A DNA stretch of 32,000 nt from Mycolicibacterium smegmatis. GTDB taxonomy: Bacteria > Actinomycetota > Actinomycetes > Mycobacteriales > Mycobacteriaceae. The position numbers and the translations under genes were made by a program. Shown piece after piece: positions 19,401 through 28,316 of this stretch (its first letter is position 1; each line of letters opens with the position of its first letter). Below the pieces are notes generated by a model. It had not been told where the DNA came from and made no database searches. It was given only the letters and a program-made list of their open reading frames with translations. The stretch lies in the NCBI RefSeq assembly GCF_001457595.1, contig NZ_LN831039.1, positions 6,660,001-6,692,000 on the forward strand, given 5' to 3'.

Positions 19401-19853
19401 ATGTCTGACGTCGCCACCCGGATCGCGTTCGTACAAGCCACCTGGCATCGCAACATCGTCGATCAAGCGCGGGCCGGGTTCACCGACCGGATCAACGAGC
19501 TGGGTTTTTCCAGTGACACGTTGGAGTTCTTCGAGGTACCGGGAGCGTTCGAGATCCCGCTCACGGCGAAACGACTCGCCGAGACGGGGCGCTACCGCGC
19601 GATCGCGGCCGCAGGCCTGGTGGTCGACGGCGGCATCTACCGGCACGAGTTCGTCGCGACCGCGGTGATCGACGGCCTGATGCGCGTGCAGCTCGACACC
19701 GACGTCCCGGTGTTCTCGGTGGTGCTCACGCCGCATAACTTCCACGAGCACGACGAGCACGTGCGGTACTTCACCGAGCACTTCGTCAAGAAGGGCGCGG
19801 AGGCCGCCAACGCGGTCGCCGCGACGCTCGAACTGCACGCCTCGCTCGGCTGA
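19401..19853 (+). CDS. ribH2: 6,7-dimethyl-8-ribityllumazine synthase, type II (RibH2-like)
   Basis: 150-aa ORF. IAFVQATWHRNIVD, FEVPGAFEIPL, VVDGGIYRHEFVATAVIDGLMRVQL and VLTPHNFHE closely resemble my recollection of the Brucella/rhizobial RibH2 pattern. Confidence 0.72.
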   Translation: MSDVATRIAFVQATWHRNIVDQARAGFTDRINELGFSSDTLEFFEVPGAFEIPLTAKRLAETGRYRAIAAAGLVVDGGIYRHEFVATAVIDGLMRVQLDTDVPVFSVVLTPHNFHEHDEHVRYFTEHFVKKGAEAANAVAATLELHASLG

Positions 19854-19940
19854 CGCTGCCACCCACCGATGCCTCGTGGCGACGGTGGTGTGCGGCTTAC
19901 GATCAGGCCAGCAGTCAGGGCGGGTCGAAGGCGGCGTCCG

Positions 19941-21077
19941 ATGGTCACGATCGATGAGTTCTCTCATCTGACGTCGGAGATCTACGCCTCGGCGATCGCA
20001 CCGCAACGATGGTTGACCGCGATCGCCGGGATCAGCCGGACGTTGTGCGCGACGGGCGGCGGCCTCCTCATCGCGGCCGACGGCACGCGTTCGGTGGTGC
20101 AGACCAACGTGCCCGAGGACGCCAAGGCGAGTTACATCGCGTACTACCGGCACATCGACTACGTGCTGAGTGCGGTCGAGTCGGGGCCCGTCGGACTGGT
20201 GCGGACCGGACCGGAGATCATCACGCCCAAGGTGGATTCCGAGTTCGGTGTCGACTGGATGCGCCCGCACCGGATGGACGACGGTTTGTTCGTGCGGCTC
20301 ACCGACGGTGCACTGCCGACGTGTTTCCTGGTGGCCGCGCCCGGCAACACACCCGCAGGCCCCTTCTGCACCGCCGAGCGCATCCGCCTCCTGAGCGCCA
20401 TCGTGCCGCACCTGCAACAGGCGCTGCGTATCCACCGTCACCTCAAGGGCATCGACGCGCCCGTCCCCGACGCCATCCGCGACGGCGCCCCCGACGACAC
20501 CCTCGACACAGAGGCGGCCCTGCGCGCGGTCGACGTGTTCCGGCACGGGATCGTCCTGGTGGACACGTCGCATCGCGTCGTGCACGCCAACAGCAGCGCC
20601 GAGCGGGTTCTGCGTGTACGCGACGGATTGCACACGCGCGGCGGCAGATTGGAAGCTGACAACGCCGCCGTCGATCGCGCACTGCACCGCGGTATCGCCG
20701 GCGCACTGTGTGCCCCAGCAGAATTCGATCCGACATCTGCGCCCCGTGGGACGACCTTGCTCTGCTCACGGCCATCTGGTGAGCGCCCATACGTGATCCA
20801 CGTGCTTCCCACCGCATCGAGCGCGCTGGTGGCGATCATCGATCCGACATCGGAACCGGAGCCCCCCGCGGAACTGCTGCGTCACCTGTACGGGTTGACC
20901 GACGCGGAGGCCCTCGTCGCGCTGCGCATCCTGCGGTGCGAGGGCGTCGCGGCGACGGCCGAGGCGCTCTCGGTGTCGCCCACCACCGTCCGAACACACC
21001 TCCGCCACATCTTCGAGAAGACGGAGACCCACCGACAGGCCGAACTCGTCCGTCTTCTGATTGCCTTGGCGCCCTAG
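19941..21077 (+). CDS. LuxR-family transcriptional regulator with a large N-terminal sensor region
   Basis: The C-terminal HTH_LuxR is LTDAEALVALRILRCEGVAATAEALSVSPTTVRTHLRHIFEKT. ATG 19941 is preferred over the Arg-rich extension from 19869. Confidence 0.85.
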   Translation: MVTIDEFSHLTSEIYASAIAPQRWLTAIAGISRTLCATGGGLLIAADGTRSVVQTNVPEDAKASYIAYYRHIDYVLSAVESGPVGLVRTGPEIITPKVDSEFGVDWMRPHRMDDGLFVRLTDGALPTCFLVAAPGNTPAGPFCTAERIRLLSAIVPHLQQALRIHRHLKGIDAPVPDAIRDGAPDDTLDTEAALRAVDVFRHGIVLVDTSHRVVHANSSAERVLRVRDGLHTRGGRLEADNAAVDRALHRGIAGALCAPAEFDPTSAPRGTTLLCSRPSGERPYVIHVLPTASSALVAIIDPTSEPEPPAELLRHLYGLTDAEALVALRILRCEGVAATAEALSVSPTTVRTHLRHIFEKTETHRQAELVRLLIALAP

Positions 21078-21086
21078 AGCCGGGCC

Positions 21087-21608
21087 CTAACCGCTCGCCT
21101 TGGCCGCGCTGCCCCCGACCTCGGCGGGCAGTGGCGGCGGCAACGGCGTGGTCGGTGTCGTGGATTTCGGCGCGCTCGCGGCCGGTCCCGGACCTGGCCC
21201 CGAACTCGGGCCGTGGAAGTCGACCATGGTCTCTTCCCGGATCACCTTCTCGCCGGTGCTCACCACCAGCGACTTCGAGGTCACCAGATACTCGACCCCG
21301 GCGTTCTCGGCCAAGAAGGCCCCGTCGTCGGAACGTGTCGCGGGAATGATCAGCTTGGCGCCGTCGCGCAACCGCACACCCCGGTACTCGTAGCCGCCTC
21401 CCGACACCTTGCAGATCGCGATCCGCGACAGGTCGGTGCTGCCGAAGAGCACCGTGTCATCGGCGCTGGCACAGCGGGCCGTGGAGTCCTCATATCCTTG
21501 CGCGTCGGCCGCGGGAGCTGCCGCCGCGGTTGGTGCTGCCAGGCCGAGCACTGTGAGGGCCGCCGCAGCGGCGACGGTGTGACTGAGTGAGAAGGCCTTG
21601 TGGAACAT
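21087..21608 (-). CDS. Hypothetical secreted protein with a Pro-rich C-terminus
   Basis: 173-aa ORF with a signal peptide (TVAAAAALTVLGLAAPTAAAAPAADA), two Cys residues and a C-terminal PTTPLPPPLP tail. Confidence 0.65.
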   Translation of the reverse strand: MFHKAFSLSHTVAAAAALTVLGLAAPTAAAAPAADAQGYEDSTARCASADDTVLFGSTDLSRIAICKVSGGGYEYRGVRLRDGAKLIIPATRSDDGAFLAENAGVEYLVTSKSLVVSTGEKVIREETMVDFHGPSSGPGPGPAASAPKSTTPTTPLPPPLPAEVGGSAAKASG

Positions 21609-21635
21609 CGATCACCACTCAACCACCGCTTTGCT

Positions 21636-21653
21636 GCTGACGGTGTCGTCAGC
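21636..21653 (-). terminator. Candidate stem-loop terminator downstream of the NTF2-LLM operon
   Basis: gctgacg-gtgt-cgtcagc forms a perfect 7-bp stem with a 4-nt loop, ~80 nt after the LLM stop. No U-tract follows, so it would be an I-shaped type if real. Confidence 0.3.
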
Positions 21654-21733
21654 GCCGTGGCGCCACCGAATCGTTAGGTGCCCGAGACCAACCCGTCAGC
21701 TTGCGGGCTGCTGCTGCGCTGCCCGGCAGAGAG

Positions 21734-22777
21734 CTAGACGAGTTCGCGCAGTTGCTCGATGAGACGCACCCGGTCCGCTGCGGTCTCGCCGATCGGCACG
21801 ACGTTGAGGGTCGTGACACCGGCTTCGCGGTAGGCCGCGATGCGTTCTCTGACAAACCCCGCGCTTCCGATGAGGTTGACGTCGCGGACCAAATCGTCCG
21901 GTACGGCCTTGGCGGCGGCGTCTTTATCACCGGCGAGGTACAGCTCCTGGATGCGGTCGGCCTCGGCCCCGTACCCGTAGCTCGTGGCCAGCGAGTGGTA
22001 GAAGTTCTTGCCCTTGGCGCCCATGCCGCCGATGTACAGCGCGAGGTGCGGCTTCACGAACTCGCGCAACGGTTCGACGTTGTCACCGATCGCGAGCACC
22101 GGACCGGCGTACACATCGAGCTCACCCAGGGCCGGATCACGTTTTGCCTTTCCGGCTTTCAGTGCATCACCCCAAACCGTGGCGGCCTTCTCGGGCAGGA
22201 AGAAGATGGGTTGCCAGCCTTCGGCGATCTCGGCGGCCAGCTCGACGTTCTTGGGCCCCAGCGCCGCGAGCAGCACTGGAATACGTTCGCGGACCGGTTG
22301 ATTGATGAGCTTGAGCGCCTTGCCCAGACCCGTCCCCTGATCGGCGGGCAGCGGAACGGTGTAGTGCTTGCCCTCGTACTGCAGGCGCTCACGGCGCCAC
22401 ACCCGGCGGCAGATCTCCACGACCTCGCGCGTCCTGGCGATGGGCGCGTCGTAGCGCACGCCATGGAATCCCTCGATCACCTGCGGCCCCGATGCACCGA
22501 GGCCGAGGATGAAGCGACCGTCGGAGACGTAGTCGAGTCCTGCGGCGGTCATCGCGGTGAGAGTCGGTGTGCGCGTGTAGAGCTGCAGGATGCCCGAGGC
22601 CAGTTGCACGCGGTCGGTACGGGCCGCGAGATAGCCGAGTCCGCTCACGGCGTCGAACGAATACGCCTCGGGTACGAACACGATGTCGAGGCCCGCGCGT
22701 TCGAGGTCGGCGACCTCGGCGGCGATGTCCTTGAAGCCGCCGGCATAGTTGATGGACAGACCGATCTTCATGCTCAC
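21734..22777 (-). CDS. LLM-class (luciferase-like) F420-dependent oxidoreductase
   Basis: 347-aa ORF with typical LLM layout (IGLSINY, GRFILGLGASGPQVIEGFHG, HLALYIGGMG). Start is GTG 22777 (GTGA overlap with the upstream stop) or ATG 22771. Confidence 0.85.
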   Translation of the reverse strand: MSMKIGLSINYAGGFKDIAAEVADLERAGLDIVFVPEAYSFDAVSGLGYLAARTDRVQLASGILQLYTRTPTLTAMTAAGLDYVSDGRFILGLGASGPQVIEGFHGVRYDAPIARTREVVEICRRVWRRERLQYEGKHYTVPLPADQGTGLGKALKLINQPVRERIPVLLAALGPKNVELAAEIAEGWQPIFFLPEKAATVWGDALKAGKAKRDPALGELDVYAGPVLAIGDNVEPLREFVKPHLALYIGGMGAKGKNFYHSLATSYGYGAEADRIQELYLAGDKDAAAKAVPDDLVRDVNLIGSAGFVRERIAAYREAGVTTLNVVPIGETAADRVRLIEQLRELV

Positions 22778-23169
22778 GCTTCCCCGAGTGCTTCCCGCTG
22801 GATGCGGTCGAACTGCGCGCCCATCGCCTCGGCGAGTGCCTGGGCGCCGGACAGCGGGCGCACCATGACCATGAGGTCGTCGATGAGCCCGTCGTCGTCG
22901 GTGTGGATGAAGTCGCAGCCGTTGACGGTCTTGCCATCGACCTTGGCCTCGAAGATCAGGGCGTGGTCGCGGCCGTTCGGGTCGCCGATCTCGCGCACGT
23001 ACCGGAAATCGGTGAAGACGCGAAGCACGCCGCGCAGGATGGCCGCGGTGATGGCCTTGCCCGGATAGGGCTTGTACGCGACGGGGCTGGTGAACACCAC
23101 GTCATCGGCCAGCAGTGCGGTCATCGCGTCGGTGTCTCGTGCCTCGACGGCCTGACGGAACGGGTGCAT
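22774..23169 (-). CDS. NTF2-like / SnoaL-like protein
   Basis: ATG 23169 (MHPFRQAVEARDTDAMTALLADDVVF) is preferred, with an alternative GTG at 23190. It is coupled to the LLM gene. Confidence 0.72.
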   Translation of the reverse strand: MHPFRQAVEARDTDAMTALLADDVVFTSPVAYKPYPGKAITAAILRGVLRVFTDFRYVREIGDPNGRDHALIFEAKVDGKTVNGCDFIHTDDDGLIDDLMVMVRPLSGAQALAEAMGAQFDRIQREALGEA

Positions 23170-23186
23170 CCCGACCCCCTGAGTAG

Positions 23187-23271
23187 TCACTTTGTTGAGT
23201 AGGTGAGCCTGACGCTAGGCAGCTGACCTGCATATGTCTATGTGGTACTAATCACTTTGTTGACTATCAAC
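23187..23271. promoter_or_regulatory. Divergent promoter/operator region: 12-bp direct repeat plus a 5-3-5 palindrome
   Basis: tcactttgttga occurs at 23187-23198 and 23252-23263. The palindrome GTTGA-cta-TCAAC lies at 23259-23271, between the NTF2-LLM operon and the PadR gene. Confidence 0.5.
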
Positions 23272-23305
23272 GTCTCTACCCATCTGTGCACCCGGCCCGT
23301 ATGGT

Positions 23306-23908
23306 GTGGCCGTGGCGCTACGCGACGCGGTGCTGGCCGCACTTCTCGAAGGCGAGTCCTCGGGCTATGACCTGGCGAAGAGTTTCGACGCGTCGGTGGC
23401 CAATTTCTGGACCGCCACCCCACAGCAGCTGTACCGCGAACTCGAGCGCCTCGCGGCCGACGGTCTGATCGAAGCGCGTGTCGTGGAGCAGGAGCGCAGG
23501 CCCAACAAGCGCATGTTCTCACTCACCGACGCCGGGCGCGCAGCGCTGCGCGAGTTCACCGCCAAGGCGCCCAAACCCTCGACGATCCGCGACGAACTGC
23601 TCATCAAGGTCAATGCGGTCGACGCCGGTGACGCGGCTGCCGTGCGCGACGCGGTGACCGAGCAACTGCGCTGGGCTACCGAGAAACTCGCCCGGTACGA
23701 GCGCATGCGCATCCGCATGCTGGCAGGGCGCAGCGAGGACGAGTTCGTGGCGGGCACCGATCGCATCGGCCCCTATCTCACGCTGCTGCGCGGGATCTCG
23801 TTCGAACAGGAGAACGTGCGGTGGGCCGAGCACGCGCTGGATCTGCTGCGGCGGCGCATGGATCCGGGACGTCAGGGCCGCATGCTGCGCAGCGTGCGAC
23901 GCACGTAG
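23306..23908 (+). CDS. PadR-family transcriptional regulator
   Basis: Winged-HTH pattern LRDAVLAALLEGESSGYDL ... QQLYRELERLAADGLI ... KRMFSLTDAGRAAL. GTG start at 23306 (alternative 23312). The 3' end overlaps the convergent TetR gene by 37 nt. Confidence 0.85.
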   Translation: MAVALRDAVLAALLEGESSGYDLAKSFDASVANFWTATPQQLYRELERLAADGLIEARVVEQERRPNKRMFSLTDAGRAALREFTAKAPKPSTIRDELLIKVNAVDAGDAAAVRDAVTEQLRWATEKLARYERMRIRMLAGRSEDEFVAGTDRIGPYLTLLRGISFEQENVRWAEHALDLLRRRMDPGRQGRMLRSVRRT

Positions 23909-24471
23909 TCGTCGAGCACTTCGTCGCGTGTGGGCCAGTCGTTCGTGGTGACCAGAAGCGCGTAGAACCCCAGCAGGAAGAACACCGCACTGTTCACCGG
24001 GTTGACGTCGGCCGCGACGTCGCCACGCTGCCGGGCCGCTTCGATCTCCTCGGTCACCCTGGCGATCACCGGATGCTCCATGCCTTCGTCGACGCGTGGA
24101 CGGGTCTGCGAGAAGTGCAGCGCCAGAAAGTCTTTGAACAGCAAGTCGCCGAGGCGGCGCTCCAGGCCGATCACCAGGCGCACGATTTCGCGAAGCGCGG
24201 CCTCCAGATCGTGCGGCTTCTTGACGAACTGGGCGAACTGCTTGGCGATGCGCTCTTCCTCACGCTGCTCGAGTTCCAGCAGCACGTGCTCCTTGGTGGG
24301 GAAATGGAAGAAGAACGTGCCGTGCGCGACTCCGGCCGCGGCCACGATCGTGCCGACGTCGGCGTCGGCCATGCCCGCGCGTTTGAACTCGGCGATCGCC
24401 GCGCCCATCAGACGTTCACGGGTCTGCAGGCGCTTGGCCTCGCGCGCCGTCAGCCCGTCTGCCCCTGCCAT
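23872..24471 (-). CDS. TetR-family transcriptional regulator
   Basis: N-terminal HTH RERLMGAAIAEFKRAGMADADVGTIVAAAGVAHGTFFFHFPTKEHVL. Confidence 0.88.
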   Translation of the reverse strand: MAGADGLTAREAKRLQTRERLMGAAIAEFKRAGMADADVGTIVAAAGVAHGTFFFHFPTKEHVLLELEQREEERIAKQFAQFVKKPHDLEAALREIVRLVIGLERRLGDLLFKDFLALHFSQTRPRVDEGMEHPVIARVTEEIEAARQRGDVAADVNPVNSAVFFLLGFYALLVTTNDWPTRDEVLDDYVRRTLRSMRP

Positions 24472-24522
24472 GCCCGTCCTTCACGCCGAGATCCGTCCGA
24501 CGTGGACCCTATCCGAACTCCC

Positions 24523-25197
24523 TCACGCCGCGGCATCACGCAGGATCTGCTGCAGGCGCTCCAACGGGTCCCCCGTCCCGGGGTTGAGGCGATCACCGGT
24601 GTCGGTGTCCGGCGGTGTGCCACCCGCGCCGGCAGGAGGCGGCACGGGCGCCGCCGCGGGCGGCGGGGGTGGTGGGGGCGGCGGCGCCGCGGTCCGCATC
24701 GCGGTGAGCTTGTCGTCCAACCGGGCCTGCGCCTGCTCCCGGATGTCCCGGCGCTGCGGATCGGGGTCGTCGTTGCCGGTGAAGCAGCCCTGCGGGGCGC
24801 GCGCCACCACGTCGCGTGCGGCTTCGTAGTGGGCGATCGCGGCCGGGGTGGCGAACCGGGAGGCGGCCCGGTCACCGAGCGTCTCGCGGACGAGTGCGAG
24901 GTCCACGCGCACCGGGCACGTGTCGGCGATTCCCAGCGCCTGGGCGTACTGCTGTTCTGCATCGGTGAGCCGGTCCTCCAGCACGGCGCGGGCTCCCTCG
25001 GCGATGTGGGCCTTGGCGGGTTCGACGACGTTGAACACACGCAGCACCGAGACTCCACCGGCCATCGCGCCGGCGTCGCGCTCGGCGTAGTCCGATGTCA
25101 CCGAGCGGCCTGCCACCACGACCGACAACAGCTTGACGATGATCAGCACCGTCACCACCGCGACCGGAGCCGAGTACACCAGCAGACGCCGCCTCAT
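24523..25197 (-). CDS. Membrane-anchored protein with a poly-Pro tail (last gene of the MoxR/VWA operon; BatC/D-position)
   Basis: 224-aa ORF with N-terminal TM (VAVVTVLIIVKLLSVVVAG), a helical repeat-like middle and a PPPPPPPPP run. ATGA overlap with the upstream gene. Confidence 0.65.
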   Translation of the reverse strand: MRRRLLVYSAPVAVVTVLIIVKLLSVVVAGRSVTSDYAERDAGAMAGGVSVLRVFNVVEPAKAHIAEGARAVLEDRLTDAEQQYAQALGIADTCPVRVDLALVRETLGDRAASRFATPAAIAHYEAARDVVARAPQGCFTGNDDPDPQRRDIREQAQARLDDKLTAMRTAAPPPPPPPPPAAAPVPPPAGAGGTPPDTDTGDRLNPGTGDPLERLQQILRDAAA

Positions 25198-26054
25198 GCC
25201 GGCACCACCGTCTCGGTGTTGCGCCGCAGTTCGCGCAGCACCAGGTACAGTTCGGCGAGCACCAGGATCGCGGCGATACCGGCCGGGAGCCAGTAGATCT
25301 CGACCCGTGACGCCCCGGCCGCCGGCGTGCCCGCCGCCGAATCGGCGGCATCCGCAGGCACATCCGAGAGGTCGTCGGCGTACGGGACCCCGATCTGATC
25401 GGCGACCGCGCGCAACCGCTGTGCGCCCGCACCGCCGAAGCCGAGCACCGCACCTCCGTCGACGGCACCCTCGGGCAGGTCGAACTCGCGTTGCGGCGCT
25501 TGCGATCCGGGCGCCCCCGCACCCAGGTAGTACACGAGGTTAGCCGCGCGAGGGAACTGCTGTTGTGCGCTGATGAGCTGATAGCGCAGCACGTTGCCTG
25601 CCGCGCCGACGTTGGCCTGCTCGGCATCGGCCCCGGTGTCGGTCCCGAGTGCGGCGACGACCGGGCGCAGGCTCCACGTGTCGGCCGAAAGCGGCCAGGT
25701 GACCGTGGGCCGCGAGGTGAACGTGATGACCGCGAACCGTGCGTCGGGATGGCGGTCGATCAACTGCGTGATGTCGTCGCGTGCGGCGGCCATGTGACGG
25801 GCCATGGCGGGTGAACGGTCGACGAGGACGAACACGTTGGGCTCGCGGTCACCGGCCGCACGGACGGACTCCTGGCCGTCGTCGCCGAACGTCGGGCGCA
25901 GCGCCGCGACGAGCAGCAGGAACGCGGCCGTAGTGAGACCGGCCCACCGCCACCGGGTGACCCCGCCGGTTCGCCACGTCGTGATCCGCGCGGCGAGCAC
26001 CGCGGCGGCGAGCACGGCGAGCACGAGAGGGGGCAGGACGGGGTGCAGGCTCAT
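25194..26054 (-). CDS. VWA-like membrane protein (BatB-position)
   Basis: ATG 26054 (MSLHPVLPPLVLAVL) overlaps the upstream stop (ATGA). It has two N-terminal TM helices, VFVLVDRSPAM (partial MIDAS D-x-S) and a C-terminal TM. The longer 597-aa ORF is an Arg-rich overlap artifact. Confidence 0.7.
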   Translation of the reverse strand: MSLHPVLPPLVLAVLAAAVLAARITTWRTGGVTRWRWAGLTTAAFLLLVAALRPTFGDDGQESVRAAGDREPNVFVLVDRSPAMARHMAAARDDITQLIDRHPDARFAVITFTSRPTVTWPLSADTWSLRPVVAALGTDTGADAEQANVGAAGNVLRYQLISAQQQFPRAANLVYYLGAGAPGSQAPQREFDLPEGAVDGGAVLGFGGAGAQRLRAVADQIGVPYADDLSDVPADAADSAAGTPAAGASRVEIYWLPAGIAAILVLAELYLVLRELRRNTETVVPA

Positions 26055-27001
26055 GTGCGCCTCCTGCACAGCGGCAGAACCGACAGGGCCAGCACCGCGC
26101 ACAGCGCCACCAGCAGCGGGATGTCGGGGGTCTCGGCCGAGCGCACCTGTGCCTCGCCCTCGACGCGCGCTTCGGGCGGGTGCTGCCGGATCTCGGTGAG
26201 CGCCGAGGCCACGTTGGCATCGGCGCGGTAGGACCGGCCGCCCGTGCCCGCGGCGAGGCGGTCGAGTGCCCCCTCGGTGTCGGTGATGACGTTGACCTGC
26301 ACGCCCGCGGTCTGGGCCATCTCCCGGACCCGGTCGGCGGTGAACAACTGACCGGCACCGGTGGTGGGCTGCGGGCCGACGTAGACCAGTGATCGCCGCT
26401 GCGGCGCGGCCTCGTCGAACGCGGGAAAACCCGTCAGACACAACGCCATGAGGTCCTCGACATTGCGGGCGTAGTCGGTGTAGGACACCGGCGACACGAA
26501 CGGAGCACCGTCGGCCTGCCCGGTGGCGTAACCACCGAATTGCGCGGCCGCGTACTGATAGTCGCGTGTGAGTGGTACGACGCGGCGGTTGCCCGAGGTC
26601 AGTCCGATTCGTTCGGTGCCGAATGCCGGTATGCGGCCGGCGAACCAGCGCAGCGTCGTGGTGACGGCGGGATCGTCCAGCGGCGCGCCGATGCACACAA
26701 TGACATCCTCGGGTTGCGCGGCCGGGGCGCTCTGCGTCGCCGACGGCAGGCCCGTCGGCCGCGCCGCGGCAGCGACCGCCGCGACGAAGGCCACGACCAG
26801 CAAGGCTGCCGTCGCACATGCGCTCAGCACGCGCATCCGCACCGCGCGAACGTATTCCGGCAGCCCGGTCAGGCGCGCGGTGTTGGCCAACGGGCGCAGA
26901 TCGCCGAGTGTTTCGTCCCGTCGCCACAGCAACGCCGCCATGACGCACGCCGCCAGTGCGACACAGCCGACGATCGCGACGATCCACCAGGTCAGGTCCA
27001 T
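26051..27001 (-). CDS. VWA-like membrane protein (BatA-position), MIDAS not evident
   Basis: 316-aa ORF with N- and C-terminal TM helices. The central alpha/beta-like region fits a VWA-type fold (VIVCIGAPLDD ... LVYVGPQPT ... VQVNVI), but the assignment is tentative. Confidence 0.6.
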   Translation of the reverse strand: MDLTWWIVAIVGCVALAACVMAALLWRRDETLGDLRPLANTARLTGLPEYVRAVRMRVLSACATAALLVVAFVAAVAAAARPTGLPSATQSAPAAQPEDVIVCIGAPLDDPAVTTTLRWFAGRIPAFGTERIGLTSGNRRVVPLTRDYQYAAAQFGGYATGQADGAPFVSPVSYTDYARNVEDLMALCLTGFPAFDEAAPQRRSLVYVGPQPTTGAGQLFTADRVREMAQTAGVQVNVITDTEGALDRLAAGTGGRSYRADANVASALTEIRQHPPEARVEGEAQVRSAETPDIPLLVALCAVLALSVLPLCRRRT

Positions 27002-27456
27002 GTGCGGATCAGCTCCTCGGCCGCACGGCCCGCGTCCGCGGCATCGACCATGGTGCGCCGGTTGAACTGGAGATCTGTCAGATCCGACAGCAGTGGCGCG
27101 GCGGACGCCAGTTCACCGTCGGCGATGTCGTCGACCTGCATGTACTGCGCTCGCACACCGGTCACTGCGTGCAGGAAGTCGCGCACCTGGCGGCTCAGTT
27201 CGGCGGCGGCCTGCGTGGCCGTGAGTTCACCGCCACGCAGCCGTGTTGTAATGGCGCGCACGGCCCGCGCGTACCGGCGTTTGGCGATCTCGGTGCGGAC
27301 CGCGGTCAGCATCGGCACCTGACGGCCGGGACTGGTGAACGCGAAAACAGCCGTGTACCAACCGATGAGGGCCACGGTGAGTGCGATGGCGACCCACAGC
27401 CACACCGCCGAATAGGGTGTGGGGCCGATCAGGTGTCCCAGCAGGTCATCCGGCAC
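26992..27456 (-). CDS. Small single-TM protein (DUF4381-like position in Bat-type operons)
   Basis: 154-aa ORF with a GTG start and TM WLWVAIALTVALIGWYTAVFAF. It overlaps both neighbours by 10-11 nt. Confidence 0.6.
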   Translation of the reverse strand: MPDDLLGHLIGPTPYSAVWLWVAIALTVALIGWYTAVFAFTSPGRQVPMLTAVRTEIAKRRYARAVRAITTRLRGGELTATQAAAELSRQVRDFLHAVTGVRAQYMQVDDIADGELASAAPLLSDLTDLQFNRRTMVDAADAGRAAEELIRTWT

Positions 27457-28306
27457 GCGCGTACACCCCGGTCATCGCGGTGAGAGCCGTCCGGATGCGC
27501 GCACTCCCGGTGACCCTGGTGTGCGGTATACGATGCCCGGTCAAGAACTCCGAAAGCCTTTGCCGCCGTTGTTCCTCCGCACGCCGGTACGCCTGCAGCA
27601 CGTCGGCCCCCAGATCGTCGGCGATGAGCCGTCCGTCGGACACCTCGTAGCCCCGCTGCTCCCCGGTGCCCAGCGCGGGCATGTCGGCGATCATGGGCCA
27701 CAGCACATCGTGGCGGGCGGTCAGGGGACGCAGCACCGCGTCCAGGCGGTCGGTGATCTCGGGTTCGTCGGACACCACGAACACCAGCAGTCGGTGGCGG
27801 TGATGGCGCGCAACCCATTCGAGCTGTGTCGCGACGTCACTCGGTCCGGGTTCGGTGGTCGTGTGGTGGTGGAACCGGTGCAGCATGCTCTCGATGTGGG
27901 TCTCGCCGCGGCGCAACCTGATGTCCACGCACCCACGACGGTCTCCCGCCACCATGCCGATCTCGTCGGAACGGGGCAGTGTGATGAGGCCGATCGCACC
28001 GATGAGGTTCAGTGCCACATCCCTTTTCAGCTCTGTCGACGGTGCCATGGCGGACATGTTGCGGCCGCCGTCGGCCACCACCAGGATCTTGTGGTGCTTC
28101 TCCGAGACGAAGCGTTTGATCAGGGTGTGCCCCGACCGCGCCGTGGCCTTCCAGTCGATGTCGCGGACGTCGTCGCCCCGGACGTAGGGCCTCAGTTCGT
28201 CGAATTCGAGGCTGCGCGTGTGCACCAGCGAGTAGCGGCCGCCTTCCAGCAGACCACCCGCGTCACGGCCGAAGTGCGCCTTTGCGGCGTCGAGATGCCT
28301 ACCCAC
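27446..28306 (-). CDS. DUF58 domain protein
   Basis: Hallmark motif EFDELRPYVRGDDVRDIDWKATARSG. The GTG start has aaaggg upstream and lies 10 nt after the MoxR stop. Confidence 0.88.
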   Translation of the reverse strand: MGRHLDAAKAHFGRDAGGLLEGGRYSLVHTRSLEFDELRPYVRGDDVRDIDWKATARSGHTLIKRFVSEKHHKILVVADGGRNMSAMAPSTELKRDVALNLIGAIGLITLPRSDEIGMVAGDRRGCVDIRLRRGETHIESMLHRFHHHTTTEPGPSDVATQLEWVARHHRHRLLVFVVSDEPEITDRLDAVLRPLTARHDVLWPMIADMPALGTGEQRGYEVSDGRLIADDLGADVLQAYRRAEEQRRQRLSEFLTGHRIPHTRVTGSARIRTALTAMTGVYARAG

Positions 28307-28316
28307 GACAGCCCTT

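Noticed and set aside
17481-23271. Shared TTGTTGA core in the 17.5-kb and 23.2-kb intergenic motifs, considered as evidence of a common regulon.
   Set aside because: A 7-nt match between two AT-rich promoter regions is within chance expectation, and the flanking sequence and symmetry differ.
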